A DNA stretch of 63,981 nt, counting the filler, from Reticulomyxa filosa (Eukaryota; Protista; Foraminifera): assembly GCA_000512085.1 (NCBI GenBank). It is 19 parts of 19 records of this genome, joined end to end, with 100 filler letters (N's around TTAATTAATTAA, not from the genome) between each part and the next. Parts side by side here need not be neighbours in the genome. Positions count along the whole stretch, not along the records: positions 6,830 to 17,511 come from ASPP01001046.1; positions 17,612 to 18,628 come from ASPP01016209.1; positions 18,729 to 21,016 come from ASPP01037493.1; positions 21,117 to 22,463 come from ASPP01000773.1; positions 22,564 to 27,107 come from ASPP01019646.1; 14 more parts are not named here. One strand, given 5' to 3'. Below, one piece after another: positions 12,530 to 24,037 of the stretch (position 1 is its first letter; every line of letters begins with the position of its first letter). Below the pieces are notes generated by a model, which was not told the origin of the DNA, did not search any database, and saw only the letters and a program-made list of their open reading frames with translations. The translations under genes and the position numbers were made by a program.

Positions 12530-14191
12530 TCATTTTGTCAAACATTCTCCCGTTTTATTGTTTTCAGGAAAACATGGGTTAGTAGATGAAATAAACATTT
12601 CAGGAAACAAATCTTTCAATGTTTGTTCTGCAGTGATACGAAAAGGGTTACATCTCCTGTCTAACTCAGGGGTGAACAAGGTATTATCTAAATTGGACGG
12701 CTGTTTGGATGCACTTGGATTTGGTTGTGATGCCGAGGAAGAAGAAGGAATATTTTTATTTGTGCAATTGTTTTGATGGCTATGATTTGTATTGAGTGGG
12801 TTTGTCGTGACAACCGCTGTCTCGATACGTTGTGTTTTATCTAATTGCGCCTTTGAACTTTGACAACAGGCGCAAAGTACCGCGCAAGACTCATTAATAT
12901 GATAACAAGTTGTGCAATTCCACGTGTCTGTGCTGTTATCATTCAGTCGTCTTTTTTTAAACGAGTGATCGTCATCAACCGCAGCCTTTTGTTTTTCAAA
13001 GCCCAAATACGTGTCGAGCGTGTCTTTTCGATCACGCTTTCGATCGTTGCAAACACGATCAACATTATTACCGTTTTGAGAACCTGTGCAAGGCCCCTTC
13101 TTCTCTTCACTTTTTGTTTCGGACTTTTCTTTATTTTTCTTCTTCTCAAAATGAATATATATGCATACACACACACACATTTTCAAAACTTTTTTGAAAA
13201 TTGTCAAAAAAATGTATAAATGTATATATGTATATAAACATACATATTTTTTTTATTTTTTTTTTTGAAGGGGGTCATAAACTAATATTTTTCAAAAAGT
13301 TGAACTTAAACTTGTTCAAGCAAAAAATCTTCGTCATCATTTGTTGGCTCGTCAAGACCAGCAACAACAAAATCGGAATCGTTGTCATTGCTATCTGCAT
13401 TGTGATCTTCTTCTTCCTCGTCATTGTCGTGTTGTAATTGCCGTCGCGTCGTTTTTCGAGAGCGTGCTTTTTTTTCAGCCCTGCTCTCGTTTTTCTTTTT
13501 CGAGTTCGTTTGCATTGAATTGCCCCGTTTCTTTCTTTGGGCTTCTCGTTTCTCTCTTGCCTTCACACAGTTTGGACAAAACCAATCTCCTTCAGGAACT
13601 TCTCTATTGTTGTTTTGATGATGACAATGTTGATGGTTATTGTTATGACAAAAGAAAATTACCAGGTTATGTATACGTAGAAACACTTGCATTACTCTCC
13701 TCAATGACATATACAAACATACACGCAGTGCAAACATTACCTCAAATGGACACACAAAGCGTGAAAGTATCCATCGCAACCATCACAAATGAGCGTTGTA
13801 ATATTCTCTAGTAAACCACACACTTCACAAAATCCTGGGTCTTCATCACTATCTTCAGGCCTTTCTTTAGAATCGTTGTCATCAGGTTGCTCCTCATTTG
13901 ATACTACCATCTCTTTCGTCTCACCCACTTTTATGTAAAAAAATGGCTCCTGGCATAAAGGGCATGTGTTCTTTTGCTGTGCACGAGTTGTTATACCGTG
14001 TATTTGTTCTTTTGGGCTTGCTTCATGTTCCTGCCGCTTTCTTTAAGAAAAGGGAAGAGAGAACCATTGCTGACTTGAGACCAACGGTCTATGCATTTTT
14101 TGTGAAATGTATGATTACAGCTTGAGATCTCTGCTAGAGTCGAATCCAAAGGATCAAGGCAAATGGCACAATTCGTGACATCCGTTTCCAT
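12530..14191 (-). CDS. RING-H2 + PHD finger + RanBP2-type zinc finger protein (PHRF1-like), spliced
   Basis: RING: CAICLD..SCNHTFHKKCIDRW|QKNTCPLC. PHD: CEVC..LICDGCDGYFHALC|EVPEGDWFCPNC. RanBP2 ZnF: WNCTTCYHIN....LCACC. Confidence 0.85.
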
Positions 14192-14559
14192 TCTCTCAAA
14201 TCCCTTTGTCTCAAGAAAAAAAAAGCGTCTTCCCACTCAAATTACTACTTTTGAATGAGCACGTCATTTTATGGTCATCAAAAAGAAGCCATAATTTTAT
14301 TTTTTTGTGACTGGCCTTGAAAACGGATTCTTTTTGTTTAATGCACTGTTAAATTAAAAAAATATTCCAAATTACAATTGAAAACATCATTTTTTCCAAT
14401 TAATATTAAATATTGTATAAAAACAGATAAATAATGAATAATATATTATATTCAAAGTTATTTTGGGACAATATTTTTATAATCAAAAATGATGGAATTT
14501 TTTGCTGTCATAACAACGAGAAAACACAAAGGGTCAAGTAAATCAGTGAACGAACGTGG

Positions 14560-15640
14560 CAAGTCGTTGTTACAAAGAATGTACCTTGCGTACACCATTG
14601 CAATACATCTACAAACTCTATTGTGCTCTTTTTTCAATCGCATGTTCATCACAAAGATGAAAAAGAAAAGCGAATATCTTTACAAGAGAAATTACAAATT
14701 GATTTTAAATCTTGATACGCCAAACTGCAATATTGTAAACACCAAAAAAGATATCATTTGCTCATACATTGGCAGTATCATTGATGTCGTGTTTATATTG
14801 CTTCAGTTCGGTTCGATGATTCAACTCCTTTTTTTCTATCCTTTTCAGAGTTGTTGATATTATTATTTGCAATGTTCTATATAAAGACCACAGCCGATGC
14901 GGAAGAAAACATCCAAAAATGCAGTTTATGAAACAAAACAAAAAAAAGAAGTCTATTATAAAAAAGGAGCTATTCTAGAAAAAAAAGTGTTACAATATTA
15001 TATGCAAGCAAGAACTTTTTTTTTGAAAATAGAAATACAAAGATCACTACCACCACAGACAATGCCGAAAGAAAATCTCCAAAATTTAGAAGGATTAAAT
15101 GGATTTACCAGATCGAGCAAAGAGCAAGTGTTGTCTGTAAAGGTGATAAAGTCCAACCCCGCTGGCATATCTACAGACATTGAACAGTAGTTAAATGTGA
15201 CTAACTTCGTGTTATTATTTGCACAAGCAAAAACGAAGCATATGACAAAGTTATTATCTGGATTGAAACTTCCTCCTTAAAGTCGTTGAATTTTAATGCT
15301 ATTTCTACGGCGGCGAATCATTTTGGAAACTCACGATGCAAACATTGCTTGGATGCGATGCTTAAGAAATGAATGCATTTCGATTATAATCGCAGTTGGT
15401 GTTGGGGACTAACAACGAGTGATGTAACGTGATTTATCATCCATAATTGTATGTAATATCAACTGAAGCGGTCCAAATAGAAAGATATACATATTATTAC
15501 ATGTTTGCGTACAAACGTCGACAATGAGCGTAAATCTACTTTTGCCTATTTGTATATCAGTGGAATATATACTATCTTGATAGACAGCACTACCACCAAG
15601 TTCGATTCTAGCGTCCTTTCTGCAGTGGACAAGTCAGTAT
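14560..15640 (-). pseudogene. Possible decayed pepsin-like aspartic protease
   Basis: IYSTDIQIGKSRFTLIVD followed by TAS resembles the first DTGS region. Later FSFGIVCG and TTSMILP. Many stops and frameshifts. Confidence 0.35.
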
Positions 15641-16220
15641 CACTTACACTTACATTCAGGTATGTTTGATTGTATACCTTTGATTCTTTCAATGTCATAG
15701 GAACAATTTTTTTTAGTAGATTGGTAAATGTTTAACTTTTTTTTAAAAAAATTATATTTGTATCAAATGAAAATTTAAAATATGTAATCACTGTTATCAA
15801 AATTTACTGCATCATCAATATATATAGAATCATTCTATTTGCATACAAATGTATTTATGATCATATCACTATACAACAACAGCTGTTACAATTGGATAAC
15901 CAAAGCTTCAATAATTGCATACAATCACTAAACTATAAACTGACCCCAAATGCAAAGCAATTCAAATCGCATGCGATGTTGATGTTTATTTACTAATTCG
16001 ATTTTTGAATAAAATTTAATCTAACTGGCTTTTAATGATGCAAAATATAGAATTTACAAATAAGCTAATACAAGTGCCGAAAGCTATACTTTGCAAATGT
16101 CATCATGATAAATATCATATTCGCGTCTTGATTTTGCGTTTGATTAAAAAAATTACGTTGACAAATTTATTGATGTTTTTTTTCATAAAGTTAATACAAA
16201 TTTTTTTTTTATTTTATTAA

Positions 16221-16506
16221 TGACAGTGATTGGACTCGAACACAAATATCATCTAATTTCGATATGTCGTTGTCGCATTGCAAGGACACTAACATAAATA
16301 AATATACGTGTGCCAGTGTGTATGCAAGAATGCATATGGCCCTGCGACTTGGCATATAGTCATTCAAGACTCACACTGACCAGCCTAGCAACACTTTGAA
16401 GTTGCACACCTACAAAAAGTTCAGAAGAACTTCATAAAGGGGCTGGCCCTAATGCAGACAAGTGTCGTCAAGTACAGCGAGCTTTACGCATTAAGCTACA
16501 GCTGTC
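16221..16506 (-). ncRNA. Candidate structured RNA with tRNA-like termini
   Basis: GC-richer island. 5' GACAGCTG-TA-GCTT-AATGCGTA-AAGC is A-box/D-arm-like. 3' GTTCGAGTCCAAT-CACTGTC-A is B-box/T-loop plus acceptor-like. Multiple internal stems, most G-U pairs favouring the minus strand. Confidence 0.4.
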
Positions 16507-17404
16507 TCGTTTTTGTTACTTGACACACATTATCAATCTCACTCAATAAGAAAAAAAATAAAATAATTATTCACACAAAAACACAAACACAGTCCGACTT
16601 CACTTATTTTCGGAAGAAACTAGTGCGATGACAGAACTTTTTTATTGGATATAGGCAGAATATAATCAAAGATGAAGATTTATAATCAAAAGAAAATAAC
16701 AGTTTTTTAAAAAGTATTGTTCATAGAAGAATAAAACTTTTTAGCTTTGTCACTTCGGACTTGATTGAAGAACAACAAGGCAAAAAATTTTTAAATAAAT
16801 AAACTATTAACTTTTGGTTTTCTTGTTGCTAAAGAAAGAAAAAAGAATTTTGGAAGCAAACAAAAGGATTTGAAACGACATCAGCAACAAAAAAAAAGGG
16901 ACTGCTCGGAACTTATAAATAAAAAATTTGATATTGTTTCTTTTGTATTTTTTTAAATTGTATATTCTGTATTTAGTTAAAAATAATTTCTTTCAATAAA
17001 AAATTTGTATTACACTATCTAGAAATTTTGAATAAAACTTAATTGAACTTACAAAAACTATTGAAAAAAAATAAAACAAAAATGATTATTTATTTGAATA
17101 TCATGCCTTTTTTAATTAAATGATAATGTATAGTTAATGTTATTTGACAGTATTGTTGAAAATGTGATTTTGAAGTATTTATGAATTTGATAATTGAATT
17201 TTTGTAATATTTTTCATTTAATTTAATTAGCATCAAAAAAAATTTTAACAAGTATGCGCATAACATTTTTCAATTTTGTCCTATATGTTGGTTACTTATT
17301 TTTTCATTTATTGATTCGTATTTTGAGAGACTAACCTACTAAAGACTTGCACAAAGTGTAATAAGAAAATAGTATTTTTGAGAATTTAAAAAAGTAAAAA
17401 CAAA

Positions 17405-17511
17405 TACATTAGGTTGCAAAAAAAAAACTGAACACCTAAAATGCCACCTTATGAAGATGATAGATTTTCTTAATAAAAAATAAACATTTAAAGCTAATTT
17501 TTTTAAAAAAA
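17405..17511 (+). mobile_element. Tc1/mariner-like element terminus
   Basis: TA|CATTAGGTTGCAAAAAAAAAACTGAACACCTAAAATGCCAC, continuing to the contig end. Confidence 0.6.
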
Positions 17512-17649
17512 NNNNNNNNNNNNNNNNNNNNNNNNNNNNNNNNNNNNNNNNNNNNTTAATTAATTAANNNNNNNNNNNNNNNNNNNNNNNNNNNNNNNNN
17601 NNNNNNNNNNNAAAAAAAAAAAAAAAAAATAGGAAATAAAAAATAAACT

Positions 17650-18600
17650 CCAAATCGAATTCTCATTTTTTCCAAACAAGAAACATTTTGATATTTGGAC
17701 AAAGCCTCTTTCAATTCTTTGTGGATTTGAATGGCTTTGACAAAGTCTTGCAATTGATTGGTTTCGTTCAAATATTGATTGAAAGTTTGCTCTTTGGCAA
17801 ACAACTTTTGGATTTCGCATAAAATGGAATAGGTTTTGACAGTGCGTTTGCGATGCTGATAAATGGAGATAACCTGCAAGCACTCGGTCACGAGTGACTT
17901 GTCCACAGAGGACAGCACAGTGCGAGAATTGGTACATTTGGACTCGGTTAATCGCAAGTCGAATTGCACCTCACGAATTTGTCTCATGCCTGACAAAAAT
18001 TCTTTGCTATTTTTCAATAGCTGCTTTTTGAATAAGCGTTCAATTGCACTGTGATATAACTCACATTGCGATATTTGCTTTTCTAAATATTCTCGAAATG
18101 GAATATTATTGTTATTGTTGTTATTATCATTATCCTTGTTATTGTTGATATTATCATCCCCATTCGATTCGTTCATCATTTCTTCTGTCTTTTTTTCCAT
18201 TGGGTCACTTCCCAATGGCGATGTTAACTCATTCGCATTTGGCAAAGATTCCAATATATCCAACACACAGTTCTTTCCTTGCTTGTAAAATGATTCGTCA
18301 ATCCCCTTTATCAATTGCTCGTCTTCGGCGTGATCACGTCGAACACTGCCCTGTTTTAGTGTTCAAATGCCCAACTTTCTCTTTCCAATCCTTTTCTTTC
18401 AGTTTTGTTTTTTTTTTTTTTTTTTTTTTTTGGTTTGTTTATTTGTTTGGTGTCCTCCATGTTTTCTTCTTCTTTTTCGCTGCAAGTATATATGTACTCG
18501 GATACGCAAGGTCGGCTGGTTGGGAACCACATTCTCGCTTATTGGTTCTAAATGATGGACCTCGCTTTGTGTTTTTTTTCGAAAAATATTCTTCCACTGC
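17650..18600 (-). CDS. VPS50: VPS50/syndetin-like (Vps54_N family) tethering subunit, partial
   Basis: IKGIDESFY..VLDILESLP and YLEKQ..IERLFKKQLLKNSKEFLSGMRQIREVQFDL....CTNSRTVL..VDKSLVTECLQVISIYQHRK match the EARP/GARP N-terminal coiled-coil pattern. Confidence 0.65.
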
Positions 18601-19335
18601 ATGGCACAATTTCGGGGAAAAAAAAAAANNNNNNNNNNNNNNNNNNNNNNNNNNNNNNNNNNNNNNNNNNNNTTAATTAATTAANNNNNNNNNNNNNNNN
18701 NNNNNNNNNNNNNNNNNNNNNNNNNNNNAATTGCAATATGTAGTGCATTGATTTTTCAAACAATTCTTGCGACAATCTCAAGAAGTTTGCGTTACAAGTA
18801 GATATACTCCTGAAAGATACTCTTAACAATTTATTGAAAACTAATCTAAAAGAAGAAAAGGAAAGAAGTAGCTTTGTAAAAGAAAAAAGGGACTTTCTTT
18901 AAACTTTTTTGTTGGTCGTTCAACAACAATTCTTTTTTTTACACAATATATTATCAATAATTTTTCCAATTATTTGCTTTATCCAAAATAATATTGCATA
19001 AATTGGTTTTTTCACAAAGCAACGGAAGTATAAGCTTTGACAAAATGTGTTGAGAATTTTTGGTGATCTGTACTTCATTTATTTGAGTTTTGCTCATTGA
19101 AAATATGCAAATACTTAAAGAGAATTTTGTCCTACATTATCTTTTTTCATAAAAAAAGAAGTCTGTTGAAACAATAGAATTTTTTAAAAAGTTGTACTTA
19201 TGAAAAACAAACATCAAATTTAAAATGGGTACCAATTAATAACGGACGATTAACAACCCATAAAACTCGTAATTTTCGCTCACTGTTTTGTATAAAAGAA
19301 ACAACATTGATATCTACCAAATTTGGTATTTGAGT

Positions 19336-20963
19336 CTATGATGTCAAGAGATCATCTTGGAGTTCCTCTTTCTTTTCTTCTGTTTCGACCATACAGTTGT
19401 CAGTAGATTCGTCTTGGTGATGATCGATGCCGCTATTGTCATTCTTGTCATACGCTTTCTCAATATCATTGGAAGAAATGGCTCCATCGCAATCATTGGA
19501 GTATCCATATTGTAGTGTGCTGTGCAGTTCAGCACTAATTGGCATCGGTTTTAGAATGACGTTTTTAGCATCTGCAATACATTGACGAATAAGATCAATA
19601 TTTTCTGTTTTGCTGTGGTCAATGTCTTCAACATCATGTCGCATTCCCAGTAATTCCCAGCATTCAACTGTTTTCTGTTTGACCAAGTGATTGACAGGAG
19701 CGAAAAGATCGTCTTTTGACAAGCCTAATAGCAATACGCTTCTCAACAATTGACGAGTATTGTACTGTGGATGTTGCAAATATATTTTGCATCCAGCAAT
19801 GAGTATTGCCAATTGTAATTGATAAGGTTCGAATAAGAATGTGGATTGAAATATTTCCAAGAACTTTTCAAAGTCTTTATATACACATGTGTATTTATTG
19901 TACTGTATTGTTTTTATTTAAAAAATGTAAAAATTCTCTTTAAAATAGCAATAAATGTGATGCAATGCAAGAGAACTTGGTAATAAATGTCCGAATTCAC
20001 CGATAAGATAAATGATCGCCTCTTTGCCAGGAATGGACAAAACGGGTTGTGAAAGCAGGACAAAAGATGAGTGTTTAGGGGAGGAGATTGTATACGAGCT
20101 CAAATAAAAGAACTGACACAACTGGACACAAGTCTGCTTCATCTGACATTTTACTTCAGTGTCCACAGAGTCCATTGTATAGTAAATCCGAGCCAATCGA
20201 TTGATACCAATCAGACTTTCGTTTACAAGTACGTCCTTATCATTGCTATCACAATCATCGTCAATGTCATCTCCATCGCTCATATCCACCATTGAATCAT
20301 CCACGGCAATATCAAACAGAATTTGTAGACCCGTCTTCAATGCTCCCTCAAACTTTATGATTATTTTGTATACATTTTAACAAGTACTGTCCGTCATTTT
20401 GACATAACACACATGAAAACAAGAAAAAGAACCTGGATGGCCAAATCGACGATAGATTGGACACAAAAGATAAAGGCAAAGTGGTCATGAAAAGAATGTA
20501 TGCGACAGTAATGAATGGAGGATTGAAATTGGTGGAGTACGTATTCAACATTCAAGTGGGTACATAAGCATTTAAGTACGTTTAATCTTTCCTTCAACAC
20601 ATACCAAGGAACAACATCATCTTCGTTTCCTTCGATCTCTTCTTTTATTTCCATCTCCTTTTTTTCTTCCATTTTCTCGTCATCATTTTCGTCTCGAACA
20701 TTGACAGTTCCAGACAATGCGAATGTGTAATATCCATCGACACACACGCTTAATTGTTTCAGTAGATCTTTGGATCGTGAATAAAACAGCGTCGGATACT
20801 TTTGAATACAGTTTTTCAAGTCGTGCAAGCCCAGCCATTGCAATGAATGACGATCTTCTCTAATGCGATACAGCAGTGGTTCCACCAACCAACGCAAGTA
20901 ATTGTTCATTATCTGCTCACTACTTATCATTCCCTTGTTTTCCATTATCTCAATAAAGTGCAA
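19336..20963 (-). CDS. Divergent beta-adaptin (Adaptin_N trunk), 5' truncated, spliced
   Basis: LQWLGLHDLKNCIQKYP, PWYVLKERLNVL..L....NVEYVL, IVDLAIQ|FEGALKTGLQIL, KEAIIYLIGEFG and LQLAILIAGCKIYL..VKQKTVECWELL follow the beta-adaptin motif order. Confidence 0.7.
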
Positions 20964-20973
20964 ATTTACCTTA

Positions 20974-21016
<43 letters not shown>

Positions 21017-21282
21017 NNNNNNNNNNNNNNNNNNNNNNNNNNNNNNNNNNNNNNNNNNNNTTAATTAATTAANNNNNNNNNNNNNNNNNNNNNNNNNNNN
21101 NNNNNNNNNNNNNNNNACAAAGTTACTTGTGCTGATGAATTTTTGAAAAGCAAAAACTAGTCGATCAAAATTTTGTTTTTGAGATAATACAGTAGTATGC
21201 AAAAAAACCGTACACAAAAAAAAGGGATTTTTTAGTATTTGACTTGTATATCTTTATTGAAAAGAGCTAACGTAAAAATAAT

Positions 21283-21806
21283 TTTGTAGATACATAGAAC
21301 AAATCACAGACTATCTTTCCTCTATGCTGTACTATGTTATATCTTGCATTTATTTGAAAAGTTCTTTATTTTCCTTTTTCCTCAGAGGTTTGAAAAATTT
21401 AACGTTTAAAAAAACTATCTTATCAAACAAAAAAGTTGAAATGAATTACACTGACTAATATTAAACTATTTAACGCACAATAAACATAAAAAAGTAAAAA
21501 TCATTGTGGGGAAGCAATGTGATAAGTTTACAAAGGGATGATAGTGGTAACTGATAAGTGTGAAACTGCAAAGGACATACAAAGAGAATTAGAAAAAGCT
21601 GATATCATATCAATGTATCACACAATAGTAACTAAAAAAATTGTTTACAGTTTGATAGAGATATAATAAAAAAAATTTTGTTAAAAAAGGCTACTGTAAA
21701 AGCCACCTAAAAAAATTGAATGTATAACCTTTCAAATAAATGCAAGAGATAAGATAGTACAGCATAGAAAAAAGACAGCCTGTGATTTATTCCATGCATC
21801 TACAAA
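21283..21806. repeat. ~81-bp imperfect inverted repeats (21283-21363 / 21726-21806) flanking a ~360-bp AT-rich core; MITE-like
   Basis: TTTGTAGATACATAGAACAAATCACAGAC...TCTTGCATTTATTTGAAAAGTT aligns without gaps to the reverse complement of the right arm, with about 10 mismatches. Confidence 0.8.
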
Positions 21807-22238
21807 CAAAAAAAACATTCATTCAACTCTTGAATTTGCTTTTTTCATTTTTCAAAAGGCTATTCACAACCTTTTTTTTAAAAGAAAGTTAAAACTACTC
21901 AACATTAACAGCATAGATAATCGAATTACAACACAAAAACCTCATGAAAGACAAACTTTGATACACTTTCAAAGTTTGATAGACAACAAAAAAAAGCAAT
22001 AAATGCATTTTGATGTCTTTGGTAATACGAAAATAATGATAAAAAAGTTAGCGACAACAAAAGAATAAAACAAAACTTAACATAATGAACCCCTTTCATA
22101 TACAATCACAATCATCAAATATGTACCAAAAAATGAAGGTAATTATCATACAAATAAATAAAAAAAATCTATTCAAGTTCACTAACCACCCGATTGTGAT
22201 GATATTGCAATTCGTTAAATGGCTAACCACTCCAATTT

Positions 22239-22365
22239 TAAAAAAAAGCAAAGGAAGGGAAAAGCGAAAAAGAAAGAATCAGATCAGGCGGCGCCTCCAG
22301 GAACATCGTGGCGCCGCCCGAATTGATACTTTCTTTTTGCTTTTGTCTTTTTTTGCTTTTTTTTA
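22239..22365 (+). ncRNA. Long fold-back hairpin, pre-miRNA-like
   Basis: Perfect GGCGGCGCC/GGCGCCGCC stem (22287-22295 / 22310-22318) with a 14-nt loop. It is extended by a ~45-bp purine arm/pyrimidine arm with G-U pairs on the plus strand. Confidence 0.4.
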
Positions 22366-22584
22366 GCTTTCCGAGTTCTGCAAAGTGGTTTTTTGGTTTA
22401 TCTTTTGAAATCTCAAATGTATCGAGTAAAAGTTGATTCTACGTATGGCTGACTTTGCCAAAANNNNNNNNNNNNNNNNNNNNNNNNNNNNNNNNNNNNN
22501 NNNNNNNTTAATTAATTAANNNNNNNNNNNNNNNNNNNNNNNNNNNNNNNNNNNNNNNNNNNNAAAAAAAAAAAAAAAAGGAAA

Positions 22585-24006
22585 ATGCGCAATTCCAGCT
22601 TACGTGCAGCTGCATCGTATGGTAGTGGAGAAGAAGAAAGTGGGAACGAAGAAGTGCAAGAAGAATTGTTACGTGAGCGTTCTCGCACAGTGAAAATCTT
22701 GGAGAAACGCGACGCAGAATATTCACCTCACGGATTCACTCGCATTGATATAATAGCAAAAGACTGGAAGCAACAGCTGTTGCGACAGCGTTTGCCACAA
22801 AAGCCGCCCCCACGTCCTGCGCCCATTGTACATTCGGAAACGATGGGGTCGATGGCCAATGGCGACGAGAAGCAAGCGACAGCCAATCAATATGCAATGA
22901 CCGGCAAAGCAATGAACGGTAAAGCAATGAACGGTAAAGCAATGAACGGCAAAGCAACGAACGGCAAAATAATACCAAAAAAACCCACGCCAATGCCGCG
23001 ACAACAGCATCAGCCCTTTGTGCCATTGACCAGTGAATCTTCGAGGAAGCATGACGATCGCAACTCGCCTCTGTCGCGGATGAAGAAAACGCTGATCAAA
23101 TTGGGCAGCGTGGCTGGAGGTGCCAACGACAAGCGAGGACAGAAACACCGTCCTATCCAAGTGCCGCCAATGCAAGTGCCACGTGCTATCACTCCGACGC
23201 CATCCATTGCCGATGATATAGAAGCCACGAATTGGATTGAAAACACAAGACAACAACAACAACAAAATAAAAAAAAAGAAGAGAAATTGAAAGACGAAGG
23301 AAATGTCTATTCCAAAGAAGGACCTCTCTTGACCACTTTATCCAATTCGGCTGTCTCTACTCATGCGTCCCCTCAGCTTGACTATTCATCTGCATCGTCG
23401 ACGGACTCACCATCATCCAATAGTCATGGCTACCATCATCCGTCTTACACGAGTGCTCCGGTCACACCTTCTGTGGCCAATTCCGTAAAACCCTTCCATC
23501 CTTCCTCTTCGTCGACCCCCTCCAATGTCCGCCAAGACGTATCCTCTCCCAGTCATGGTCAGGTTAGCTCGGTAGTCATTCCGTCCACCACCACTACCAC
23601 TACTACTATTACTTCTACTACTACTACTACTACTACCACCACTACCACTGCCAATACTAATGACATCACAGATCATCCAGAGTCCAATTCAGCGTCGATA
23701 CCTACTTTTCGAGTTTCCAATTTTGTGTACTTTGCTTTGTGTGTGTGTGTGTGCAACGCATTGTTGAGACTTTGTTTGGTGTTGGTGCAACGTTCAAGCC
23801 TCGGTCGAAAAGTGACACTGACATAGCCAAGAATATCAACTTGACACAACTGATTGGAAAGGAGTTTGGCGAGTCGATTGCAAAAGCGCAGCAGAATGCT
23901 CAGAAGGATGGTGATGTGCTTCCCTCCCAACCAGGCAAAATGCAAGTCCATGCAAGTGATGGACAGCAGTACAACAAAAAAGATGAGGAGGACGAGGATG
24001 TCGACA

Positions 24007-24037
<31 letters not shown>

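Noticed and set aside
16385-16415. tRNA-Sec (CTTCAAA loop on the minus strand)
   Set aside because: The flanks do not pair in anticodon-stem register, and there is no Sec-type D, variable or T arm.
16290-16470. Group I/II intron, SRP, RNase P/MRP or telomerase RNA identity for the structured island
   Set aside because: Only partial word matches were found: no P7 partner, no SRP helix 8 motif, no GAAAGUC P4 strand, and CCCTAA is too short for a template.
20340-20440. Apparent frameshift in beta-adaptin
   Set aside because: It is resolved by a GT-AG intron giving AIQ|FEGALK, which fits the family spacing.
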